From the IMG/VR virus record IMGVR_UViG_3300031269_000004: a DNA stretch of 64,000 nucleotides; one strand, given 5' to 3'. Under the pieces are notes generated by a model that did not search any database, was not told where the DNA came from, and worked only from the letters and a program-made list of their open reading frames with translations. The position numbers and the translations under genes are program-made. Position 1 is the first letter of the stretch. Each line of letters begins with the position of its first letter. Positions 51,522 through 59,972 of the stretch are shown in pieces. The stretch is from an uncultured virus (IMG/VR IMGVR_UViG_3300031269_000004). Its lineage: Duplodnaviria; Heunggongvirae; Uroviricota; Caudoviricetes.

Positions 51522-51833
51522 ATGAATTACACGAAAGAGCAACAAGACTTATGGCATAATGGTGATATAGATGAAATTCTAGCCTATTGCGCAAAGAGTA
51601 ATGGACACAAAAAGATTACAATTTCAATCCTATTAGAAGATAGTGATAACAAGGAAAGAGAAGAGACAAGATGTCAACTGCTAACGAGTACAATTAGTGC
51701 TAAGCCTCCTGGTGTGGACCTGACAAGTAGCCTTTTACGGTCAATGTTTGAGCAAATGTTTATTAGGTCGACGGACATTGCTAATCAAGGCCTGACGCCG
51801 TTAGAGGTTAATGCAACACATACCGAGGCATAA
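51522..51833 (+). CDS. Hypothetical protein
   Basis: 103-aa ORF. Confidence 0.55.
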   Translation: MNYTKEQQDLWHNGDIDEILAYCAKSNGHKKITISILLEDSDNKEREETRCQLLTSTISAKPPGVDLTSSLLRSMFEQMFIRSTDIANQGLTPLEVNATHTEA

Positions 51834-51900
51834 TGAGCTAGCATAAAAACTTTACGTTATTTCATTCTTGTATACATATAATCTAAACTAAGCATAAAGG

Positions 51901-52953
51901 ATGAAAAGTATAACTTCATACATTAACGAAAAATTGGCTACACAAGATGTTGATGCTACCCGTTTTCCGAACGGCGGCAAAACTGATCGTGACTTTTTCA
52001 GCAAGGGTCAACGAGATGGTAACAAGGTCGATGACATTGTTAAGACAGTAAAAGTTAAAATATCAGCAAAAGAGCTTCTTGCTTCACAAGATGCTGTTTA
52101 CTTAGGTAAATCTTTAAGCATGGCGATTGGTGGTGTTTCTGGTGGTGATCTTGGCAGTATTGTTAGTAAAGAAAATCGTATACTAGACGGTCACCATAGA
52201 TGGGCTGCTACGATGTTTAATAATCCTAATGCAATACTAGATGTTAGCAAAGCTAACATGACAATTGGTGATCTTATACCAGTACTTCGTGCAGCTGGTG
52301 ACAATTATGGTAACAAAAGAGGCAACGATCAGGTTTCTGGTGACCTTAACGTATTTAAGGCGACAGTTTCAGATATTGAAGACAGCATTTACAAAGGTAA
52401 AGGCATGGATGTTGCATTTTACAACCAACAAAAAGCAATTGATTGGTACGAAAGCATTGGTGCCAGTACTATATCAAAAAGACTTTCTATGCTACAAGCT
52501 GCAAAGCCTCCAGTTGGTGCACCGGCCCGAAAGGACATGCCAAAAATAGAACCAGAACAAGTTGATAAAGTTACTAAGTCAATGTCCAATGGTGATATTG
52601 ATATTAGAGACCCTTATGTTGCTGAATCAAAAAATAACAAAAAGAAAAAGAAAACTATAAAATCATTAAGCACACATATCACCGAATCATTAGTTAACGA
52701 GGCTAGTGAAATGGTATCAGGTTGGCCTAGATATTACAACAAAAAGTCATCTCAAACGTTTGTATTGACAAAGTTACAAAATGATCGAGCTACGTATATG
52801 GCATACTTTCGTGGTTATGAAACAGATGGCCCTGTAATATTTAACAGTGTACAAGAGCTACATAAATTTGAAGCAGGCACAAACGTCTCAAGACAACAGG
52901 CAGAAACATATCGATTTAGTAAAGAAATAGCATTACCTGAAGCAATAAAATAA
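51901..52953 (+). CDS. Leader-tagged ParB/Srx-like domain protein fused to a second leader-tagged module
   Basis: MKSITSYINE leader; ILDGHHRWAA ParB-like motif; internal IKSLSTHITESLVNEA at 52657. Confidence 0.7.
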   Translation: MKSITSYINEKLATQDVDATRFPNGGKTDRDFFSKGQRDGNKVDDIVKTVKVKISAKELLASQDAVYLGKSLSMAIGGVSGGDLGSIVSKENRILDGHHRWAATMFNNPNAILDVSKANMTIGDLIPVLRAAGDNYGNKRGNDQVSGDLNVFKATVSDIEDSIYKGKGMDVAFYNQQKAIDWYESIGASTISKRLSMLQAAKPPVGAPARKDMPKIEPEQVDKVTKSMSNGDIDIRDPYVAESKNNKKKKKTIKSLSTHITESLVNEASEMVSGWPRYYNKKSSQTFVLTKLQNDRATYMAYFRGYETDGPVIFNSVQELHKFEAGTNVSRQQAETYRFSKEIALPEAIK

Positions 52954-52970
52954 CACACAAAAAAACAACT

Positions 52971-53420
52971 ATGAAATCATTAAGCGCACACATTACAGAA
53001 TCATTTAGTTTCAGCAAGGTTACGGCTCCAAACTATGAAAAATGGTTATCAGATAACCCGGCTGGTCTTGACAATAAAAACGACCCTAAATATATGAATG
53101 CTGGTCGCTGGTTATCACACACTTTAGAAATTGTTTGGCGAACTGACGAAATACAGGCTGCTGCAGATTTATATAAATTAGCTATTGTTTCTTTTCCAGA
53201 GTTTAAACAAATTAGCGCTTCGGATCGTAAGCACTTCGACACAATAGTCGGTTGTATAATGACGCAAGAGACTGATGATTCTGACCTAGCAGGCTACATG
53301 AAAGCATTGCCACAACAAGCAAAGACTTACATTAAAGATCAGCAAGGTTCACCAGTAGGTGATGACAGTATGTTTGACTACGGTTTAGAATGGTTTTGTA
53401 TGTCCGTACTTAACATGTAA
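52971..53420 (+). CDS. Leader-tagged putative internal head protein
   Basis: MKSLSAHITESF leader. Confidence 0.7.
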   Translation: MKSLSAHITESFSFSKVTAPNYEKWLSDNPAGLDNKNDPKYMNAGRWLSHTLEIVWRTDEIQAAADLYKLAIVSFPEFKQISASDRKHFDTIVGCIMTQETDDSDLAGYMKALPQQAKTYIKDQQGSPVGDDSMFDYGLEWFCMSVLNM

Positions 53421-53438
53421 TAACACACAAAAACAACT

Positions 53439-53795
53439 ATGAAATCATTAAGCACACATATTACAGAATCATTCGGCGGTTTGCTAAACGAAATGAAAGA
53501 CGATAATTTTACAGAAGCACAGAACGGTAATCCTACACATAATTTTAAAGTATACAAAGAGATCATACAAGTTTATCCACATATGCAAAGTATTATAGAA
53601 GATAGTTTTAAAGTAGGTAGCCCAGACTATAGTATACATGGTATATGGGATGCAGGTAAGCAAATCGTTTTTTATTTTGATAGATCATGTGGTATTAGTT
53701 TTAAAAGACTAGGTAATGACTTGGCAAAGCATAACGTAAGTTTTCAATTACCTGGTAACACTGATTATAACTTTAACATATCAATAGATAAATGA
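53439..53795 (+). CDS. Leader-tagged putative internal head protein
   Basis: MKSLSTHITESFGGLLNE leader. Confidence 0.7.
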   Translation: MKSLSTHITESFGGLLNEMKDDNFTEAQNGNPTHNFKVYKEIIQVYPHMQSIIEDSFKVGSPDYSIHGIWDAGKQIVFYFDRSCGISFKRLGNDLAKHNVSFQLPGNTDYNFNISIDK

Positions 53796-53812
53796 CACAA
53801 ATAAAAACAACT

Positions 53813-54136
53813 ATGAAATCATTAAGCACACATATTACAGAATCATTTGTCAACGAGTCAAATAGCATGTTTGCTGTTATGTTAACAGGAGGCTCTATAG
53901 GCGACAAGCCAAGACCGTCAAACGCTAGGGAATTTAAGGGCATGCCGGTACCAAAAGATGAACAGCTGTTCAGTAAGGAAGACGCCACGGCGAAAGCAAA
54001 AAGAATGAATAAATCAATGTCGCCCGGAGAACGTAAGCACTATCGTTTAAAATACGTTGTTGTACCAGTTAACGGCAACCTGTTTGAATCTGATAGCAGT
54101 AGGACTGTTGTTCTAAGTTCTGGTTTTAAGGAATAA
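53813..54136 (+). CDS. Leader-tagged putative internal head protein
   Basis: MKSLSTHITESFVNES leader; start reassigned to 53813. Confidence 0.7.
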   Translation: MKSLSTHITESFVNESNSMFAVMLTGGSIGDKPRPSNAREFKGMPVPKDEQLFSKEDATAKAKRMNKSMSPGERKHYRLKYVVVPVNGNLFESDSSRTVVLSSGFKE

Positions 54137-54154
54137 AAAACAAAATGAAAAAAT

Positions 54155-54754
54155 ATGAAATCATTAAGCACCCACATTACAGAATCATTCGTCAACGAAG
54201 CTGTCCAAGATGTCAAGTCAGCAGCCAAAAGTGGATTTGATTTAGTCATTACTAAAGACTTAAGAGAAGGCACAGACTTTAAAGAAATCTCAGAAGAAGA
54301 CTTCGACAGATATGATGAAGTAGTCGTTAGCCCTAATCCATTTGGTGTTGTACCTACTATCATTGAAAAAGGAACAGTAGTTAAAAATGTAAAACCGCAA
54401 GGCAATTATATAATGGGTGAATTGTTTGCTGTCTCTAGTAGAAATGGTCGAAATAAATTCGTTGGTAATATTACGTTGACGTTAGATTCTATATCGATAC
54501 TTAAAATACCTGAACCAGTTAGAGGTATTAGCGCTTTAGATATTAGCAAGGCCTTGTATGACGCTGTAGTGTATACAAGTTTTATCGTAACAGACGGTGA
54601 CAACACTATTGGATTTGCTCTAGGTCGTGGTTACGATGACGAAATGGCAGATAAGATCATTGCGGCCCTATCTCAGTTTGGGAATAAGTTAAACATACAA
54701 ATAGGCGCGAGTGCCGGCGGTGATAAGGGCTCCGAATGTGTCTACTATAGCTAA
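54155..54754 (+). CDS. Leader-tagged putative internal head protein
   Basis: MKSLSTHITESFVNEA leader. Confidence 0.7.
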   Translation: MKSLSTHITESFVNEAVQDVKSAAKSGFDLVITKDLREGTDFKEISEEDFDRYDEVVVSPNPFGVVPTIIEKGTVVKNVKPQGNYIMGELFAVSSRNGRNKFVGNITLTLDSISILKIPEPVRGISALDISKALYDAVVYTSFIVTDGDNTIGFALGRGYDDEMADKIIAALSQFGNKLNIQIGASAGGDKGSECVYYS

Positions 54755-54805
54755 ACAAAAAAGAACAAAAAAGAACAAAAAATAACAAAAAAAAAAAAGA
54801 AAACT

Positions 54806-55210
54806 ATGAAATCATTAAGCACACACATTACAGAATCGTTTCAAATTGATGAAGCAGGGCAAGAGATTATCAATCTCTATGTCTATACTGAAATGATTAA
54901 CATTATGCGTCCAGGTCAAACTAAACCGACAGGACGTAAACCTGTTAGCATTGCTATTGTACCGATCACGTCTAATAACAAACGTAATCTTGCCAGTTTT
55001 GTTAAGCAAGACAAAAAAGGTGGTGCAGAATCCATAATTATTAAAGATTTGGACAAGGCAGGACAAGAATTAGCAGACTTTGCTAAACGATTCCCTAATC
55101 TCAAAATTGATCCACGAGATACTTTGCAACTAGATAATACTACGCTATATAGCATCGACGATAATGTCATACAAGACATAAAGTCAACTATTGATAAAGT
55201 CAACTATTGA
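54806..55210 (+). CDS. Leader-tagged putative internal head protein
   Basis: MKSLSTHITESFQIDEA leader. Confidence 0.7.
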   Translation: MKSLSTHITESFQIDEAGQEIINLYVYTEMINIMRPGQTKPTGRKPVSIAIVPITSNNKRNLASFVKQDKKGGAESIIIKDLDKAGQELADFAKRFPNLKIDPRDTLQLDNTTLYSIDDNVIQDIKSTIDKVNY

Positions 55211-55241
55211 TAAACACACGAAATTACTAGGCAAAACAACT

Positions 55242-55718
55242 ATGAAATCATTAAGTAAACACCTTACAGAGACCTTGGCGACAACCGTTAACGAGTCTGA
55301 CATTCTTGGCAATCGTTTTACAATAATGCCACATGAATGGCGTACATTTGTTAAAATAGCCAAGGCAACAAACAGGTCTTTGAGAACAGTTACCGACAGT
55401 GGCCTTGATATTTTATTAAGTATTAAGACAAAACAGGCGGTTGCAAAATGGGACGAAGAGACACTTGAACTGTGGACTGATATGTCAAAGTCTGACTTTC
55501 AGGCAATAATATCAGGCAGGGCTAAACAGTCAGGGCGTTGGTTGCAAGACCCGGTAACAGAAGCGGTAACAGAAGGCATAGGTCAAGGTGACACAGTGAC
55601 TGTAAAGATGGGTAAATGGTCAGGCCAAAGTGGCACAGTTACACTAATATTAAAAGACAGTTACATGCTTGATTTACAAGATGGCAATAGTGTAGAAGTC
55701 AAAAATTCAGAAATTTAA
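55242..55718 (+). CDS. Leader-tagged putative internal head protein with C-terminal KOW/SH3-like module
   Basis: MKSLSKHLTETLATTVNES leader (start 55242); VTEAVTEG then GDTVTVKMGKWSGQSGTV. Confidence 0.65.
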   Translation: MKSLSKHLTETLATTVNESDILGNRFTIMPHEWRTFVKIAKATNRSLRTVTDSGLDILLSIKTKQAVAKWDEETLELWTDMSKSDFQAIISGRAKQSGRWLQDPVTEAVTEGIGQGDTVTVKMGKWSGQSGTVTLILKDSYMLDLQDGNSVEVKNSEI

Positions 55719-55795
55719 GCAAATGCTGCAACGGTGCATATATTTTATGCATCGTTGTTTAATTTAATTATACAACTAAAAAAATTACACAATTT

Positions 55796-56032
55796 ATGCC
55801 TAAATCAAAGCACCGTAAAGGATTCAAAGCGAAAGCAAACAAACTTAAATCTACTCAGCTTGCACAAAAAAAGCAAGACGCACATAACCTCAAACGTCGA
55901 GTTAACAAGATTATGCTTGAAGAGGAACAACGAAAGCAGCTTGCGAAAAAGGCTCAACGAGACACCCAGCTTAGTGTGCTGAATGATGCAGAAGACAACA
56001 AGACTATGACGTCTAAGTTGTTAGAACCATAA
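55796..56032 (+). CDS. Small basic protein
   Basis: MPKSKHRK start, after TGTTTAATT. Confidence 0.6.
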   Translation: MPKSKHRKGFKAKANKLKSTQLAQKKQDAHNLKRRVNKIMLEEEQRKQLAKKAQRDTQLSVLNDAEDNKTMTSKLLEP

Positions 56033-56042
56033 CACAAACAGC

Positions 56043-56813
56043 ATGCAAAGAAATTCAACATTATTTCAAGAGCTTAAACGAACAGGTTGGGACAACAGAA
56101 CGGCTTGGCAAAATGCCCATCCAGACCAAAAGCTATTGTCTACGTATGCAATTAACAAAGCACTACAAGAGCCAAAAGATTGGGATGCAATAGCACTAAA
56201 ATGTTCAAATAATCCTAATCATGAAATGTTTGGTCTTACAGTTGAAGCAATCAGACTTGAATGGTCGTCGAGAGGCAAAAAAGGACAAAATCGCGGACTA
56301 AAGTTAGAGGACTACATTGACTCAAAATTGGCACACGGTGGTCAAGTAGACATCGCAGGTATTGAAGACCCCAAACTATTGTCAAAAATGGGTCACTTTG
56401 ACAACCTATATGATACTGTGCTTAGCCGCATGCATTCTTGGATTGGCACAGAGATTTGGCTAACATCTAAAGTGCTAGGTCTTAGCGTTCGATGTGACAG
56501 CCTGTTCCTAGCGAAAGACAGCCCACAAATTTGTCTTATTGCTGAATGGAAAAACACAGAAAGTATTGCAACCTCGAACAGATTTGAGAAACTTATCGGC
56601 CCAGCATCACACCTTGATGATTGCGAATGGGTTAACTATACAATACAGTTTCAAATTTATCAATACATACTTCTAGAATATGGTATATTTGACGAGATTA
56701 TAGCTCGATGCTTTCAATTTAAGACAACGGGCTATGAAACATTAGGTCCCGCATTTGATTTTGATCCTACTTTTATTGAAGCAATCGTTAACTTTACAAG
56801 AATAGAAAAATGA
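56043..56813 (+). CDS. PD-(D/E)XK exonuclease-like protein
   Basis: TE..., RCDSL, IAEWKN, Y.IQ.QIYQYIL. Confidence 0.7.
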   Translation: MQRNSTLFQELKRTGWDNRTAWQNAHPDQKLLSTYAINKALQEPKDWDAIALKCSNNPNHEMFGLTVEAIRLEWSSRGKKGQNRGLKLEDYIDSKLAHGGQVDIAGIEDPKLLSKMGHFDNLYDTVLSRMHSWIGTEIWLTSKVLGLSVRCDSLFLAKDSPQICLIAEWKNTESIATSNRFEKLIGPASHLDDCEWVNYTIQFQIYQYILLEYGIFDEIIARCFQFKTTGYETLGPAFDFDPTFIEAIVNFTRIEK

Positions 56814-57352
56814 AAAACTTACTTTGTGTACCTATTAATGGTATGGCCGGTTCGGGCAAAGACACCTTTGCAGCAATGGCAGCAGAACACGTTGAGTCAA
56901 TTGGCGCAGACATAGTAGTACATAATGTGTCATCAGTAGACCGGGTTAAACAGGCAGCACGCTTACTAGGGTGGCATGGTGATAAGGACAACAAGTCTAG
57001 GCAGTTCTTGTCTGACATAAAAGACCTTGCAACAGCGTACAGTAACAGCCCATTTAAGTATATGACAGGCCACGTTGAACGTGCCAACAGGGCAATAGTA
57101 TTTCTACATATTAGAGAGCCAGAAGAAATTACAGCAATAGTGGAATGGTGCAAGACGCATATGATACATTGCCAAACTTTAAAGATATCACGTACTTCAG
57201 TTGACATCGTTGACAATAATACAGGAGACGTTGGCTCTACTTTACCTTACGACTATGACATACAGGTCAACAACAACTTGGCACTAGCTGAACTTAGACT
57301 AGCAGCTGAAGAGGTTGTAAACACCTGGATAGAAAAATACAAACTTACATGA
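56810..57352 (+). CDS. Deoxynucleoside monophosphate kinase-like P-loop protein
   Basis: INGMAGSGKDTFA, RQFL, HIREPEE, YDYDIQVNN. Confidence 0.75.
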   Translation: MKNLLCVPINGMAGSGKDTFAAMAAEHVESIGADIVVHNVSSVDRVKQAARLLGWHGDKDNKSRQFLSDIKDLATAYSNSPFKYMTGHVERANRAIVFLHIREPEEITAIVEWCKTHMIHCQTLKISRTSVDIVDNNTGDVGSTLPYDYDIQVNNNLALAELRLAAEEVVNTWIEKYKLT

Positions 57353-57897
57353 CAAAAGTACAAGAAAATAAACTGTTAATTGAATTTGAATTACTAAAAT
57401 TGTCACAGCTAGGCATTAAAAATTGTACAGGTCAACACTACGAGTTGTGTACTATTGACGCCGCACAACTTTGTATTTCAATTACATCTGTACGCGGTCA
57501 AAATATGTGGTACGAGACGTACAGGTTCTTTGACGGCAAAAAAACAGGTCTGTACAAACAAAAAGTATGGGGCTTGCAATTAGCAAACATAGTAGAAGAC
57601 TTTGTATCTTTGCTTTCTGAACACGAAATAAAAACGGCTACCAATATTTTACTAAAACGAAAGACTGCAACAGCAACAAAGGCTAAGACTGATACTAGCA
57701 CAATGGCTCAATCTTCAAAGAGACCAACAAAGTACAAAAGAAATACAAGAGGCCAAACTTCACCAAAAGAGCCATTGCTGCAACAAACAAAAGACAGTAC
57801 AGGTCTAACTAGACCTAGCAACCAAAAAGAGAGGGACCAGGCTAAACTTGAACGTAAACTATTTAGCAACCCAAAAATGTGGACGTTTAGCCTATAG
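57349..57897 (+). CDS. Hypothetical protein
   Basis: 182-aa ORF with overlapping start/stop. Confidence 0.55.
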   Translation: MTKVQENKLLIEFELLKLSQLGIKNCTGQHYELCTIDAAQLCISITSVRGQNMWYETYRFFDGKKTGLYKQKVWGLQLANIVEDFVSLLSEHEIKTATNILLKRKTATATKAKTDTSTMAQSSKRPTKYKRNTRGQTSPKEPLLQQTKDSTGLTRPSNQKERDQAKLERKLFSNPKMWTFSL

Positions 57898-57932
57898 TGC
57901 CAACATGAAAACAGTAACATAACTTAAAACCC

Positions 57933-58121
57933 ATGCCAAAAAAAATCACAAAAAGAGGTGAACCTAAATGTAAAATGCAAGACTTACCTTTTTGGGATCG
58001 AAAAATTAATCCAATTACAGGTTGGCCTACTGCACAAGTGACTAGACTAGACGATGAAAGTAATGAAATGAAGTATTGGCAACAAAGTATAAGCATTGCA
58101 GGAGATAAGAATAGAAAATAA
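57933..58121 (+). CDS. Hypothetical protein
   Basis: 62-aa ORF. Confidence 0.5.
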   Translation: MPKKITKRGEPKCKMQDLPFWDRKINPITGWPTAQVTRLDDESNEMKYWQQSISIAGDKNRK

Positions 58122-58184
58122 TCAAGCGTTTTTGTTAACAAGTTATTGAAAAGTTAACAAATTAAGGTGTCATTTATGCACTAA

Positions 58185-58206
58185 TTGTTATATATTTATA
58201 TAACAA
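58185..58206 (+). promoter_or_regulatory. Palindromic putative early-promoter element, copy 6
   Basis: TTGTTATATATTTATATAACAA. Confidence 0.75.
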
Positions 58207-58227
58207 TAAAAAACTAATACATCTATT

Positions 58228-58632
58228 ATGAACACGTCAATCTCAATATTATCCACCTGGGGCGAATTATTTAGCCAAAACGTTATCGATAACAACAAAA
58301 ACATTGATAATTTTGTTGGAACATTTAGCCATACTGGTACTACCGAAAAGTATTCAATGTATATGTTACATAGACTGTCAGAAATAGACCAAGAGTTAAC
58401 AGGTCACATTCAGTTACCTGAACATCAAATGATATTCACTGTACAAACAAAAAGATCTTCAATTTTTGGAACATCTGCTTTTGTTATAATAGACTTTAAA
58501 TCAAAACGAGTATTTTTTACCACAAATGGAGAAAATAACCCAATTAGTTTTAGTAAAGTTGGTAACAGAATACGCACCATATCAATAATGTGGCTCTATG
58601 AAAATATGATTAACACAAAAGCAATCGCATAA
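58228..58632 (+). CDS. Hypothetical protein
   Basis: 134-aa ORF after the palindromic element. Confidence 0.6.
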   Translation: MNTSISILSTWGELFSQNVIDNNKNIDNFVGTFSHTGTTEKYSMYMLHRLSEIDQELTGHIQLPEHQMIFTVQTKRSSIFGTSAFVIIDFKSKRVFFTTNGENNPISFSKVGNRIRTISIMWLYENMINTKAIA

Positions 58633-58964
58633 TGGCACTAAAAGATAGACTAGGTAAATGTTACATGTTGGCATATCAACATGTAACAGAAAAACAAGAT
58701 TGGACATTGTGTCACGGCTTTATTACAGATAATATTTTTGGCACTGGCAATACAATAGATCATGCATGGTGTGAACACAATGCAACTGGTAAACTATACG
58801 ATCCAGTACTACAAAAGCATTACAGTAAGGAAATGTTTATTGCAACATTTTCACCAGACACAACAGTAAGATATACTAAACAGGAAGTACTACAACATGC
58901 GTTTAAATTTAAACATTATGGACCGTGGCACGAAATTGACAATTCTAAAATAAAATTTAACTAA
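58632..58964 (+). CDS. Small transglutaminase/papain-like fold protein
   Basis: GKCY ... HAWCE ... YDP putative Cys-His-Asp triad. Confidence 0.55.
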   Translation: MALKDRLGKCYMLAYQHVTEKQDWTLCHGFITDNIFGTGNTIDHAWCEHNATGKLYDPVLQKHYSKEMFIATFSPDTTVRYTKQEVLQHAFKFKHYGPWHEIDNSKIKFN

Positions 58965-58976
58965 ACAAACAACACT

Positions 58977-59300
58977 ATGAATTCACTTAGCAAACACATA
59001 AACGAATCTTTCAGACCGCAAAATAACATTAAGATTGACAGCTTAAGTTTAGCAAACGGTCTGAAAAAGAGTGACTTTGGTGACTTAGTCACTAGCATAC
59101 AAGACCTAAAGCTAGGAGACAGCATAATTATAGTAAACAGATCAGACAACGAATGGCGAGATCAGGTTGAATTTTTAGGTGATTCTGGTAATGCTGTCCA
59201 ATTATTGTTTACTTATGGTGGCAATAATGAAAAGGTGAAAATAAGATACAGTTGGTTCTTAGAAGACATTAGTCTTGGTTTCGTATACAAAAAGAAATAA
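58977..59300 (+). CDS. Leader-tagged putative internal head protein (paralogue of 59597)
   Basis: MNSLSKHINESF leader. Confidence 0.7.
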   Translation: MNSLSKHINESFRPQNNIKIDSLSLANGLKKSDFGDLVTSIQDLKLGDSIIIVNRSDNEWRDQVEFLGDSGNAVQLLFTYGGNNEKVKIRYSWFLEDISLGFVYKKK

Positions 59301-59596
59301 TGCGTCAAATTATGCTTGACTATTTTAACGAACTTATTTTTAAGTTTGCTAACAAACAATGGCGGGTTGACTTCCCTGACTATACCTTGCTAGACAAACC
59401 TGATCATATTAATAGCGATATGATTAATGGCAGCTTTGGTGCAATAGCAGTTAAAACCTAAACATAATGGAACACGTAATAAATTGCAATCACGACTTTC
59501 CGCTTAGAGTTAAAAACTTTTTATTTTGGCAGTGTCCTAACTGCAATGCAATAAAGTCTAGATTTTTTTGGTCAAAACATAAAAGAAAACAAAATA

Positions 59597-59905
59597 ATGA
59601 AGTCACTAAGCAGTCACATTAACGAATCATTTGAGGCCATCGATCTAGACGGAATGAGCATAGGCCCTGGCCTAACCAAGGGGCAATTTGGTCAACCTGT
59701 TACCAGTCATGTCCAGTTACAAATGGGTGATAAACTAATTGTTGTTGACAAGGGCGAATGGCGAAACAGCTTTGAATTTTTAGGCTACAGTGAAGGCATT
59801 ATTCAGTTTTTAGACTATCTTGGCACAAAGAAAGAAAAGATAACTATGGGGCTGTCAAAGTTTCAGTCTGCCATTGAGGCCGGCCACGTCAGGAGAGAGT
59901 TGTAA
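59597..59905 (+). CDS. Leader-tagged putative internal head protein (paralogue of 58977)
   Basis: MKSLSSHINESF leader. Confidence 0.7.
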   Translation: MKSLSSHINESFEAIDLDGMSIGPGLTKGQFGQPVTSHVQLQMGDKLIVVDKGEWRNSFEFLGYSEGIIQFLDYLGTKKEKITMGLSKFQSAIEAGHVRREL

Positions 59906-59972
59906 CAAAAGAGGACAGTACGACTTTGCACCATCTTCTTTTTTAGTGTTTAATTTTAAAATAATACAACAT

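Noticed and set aside
52950..55270. Leader repeats as CRISPR repeats, integron attC sites or DGR template/variable repeats
   Set aside because: The repeats are coding, non-palindromic and vary at synonymous sites. No integrase or reverse transcriptase is in the window, and there is no adenine-specific variation.
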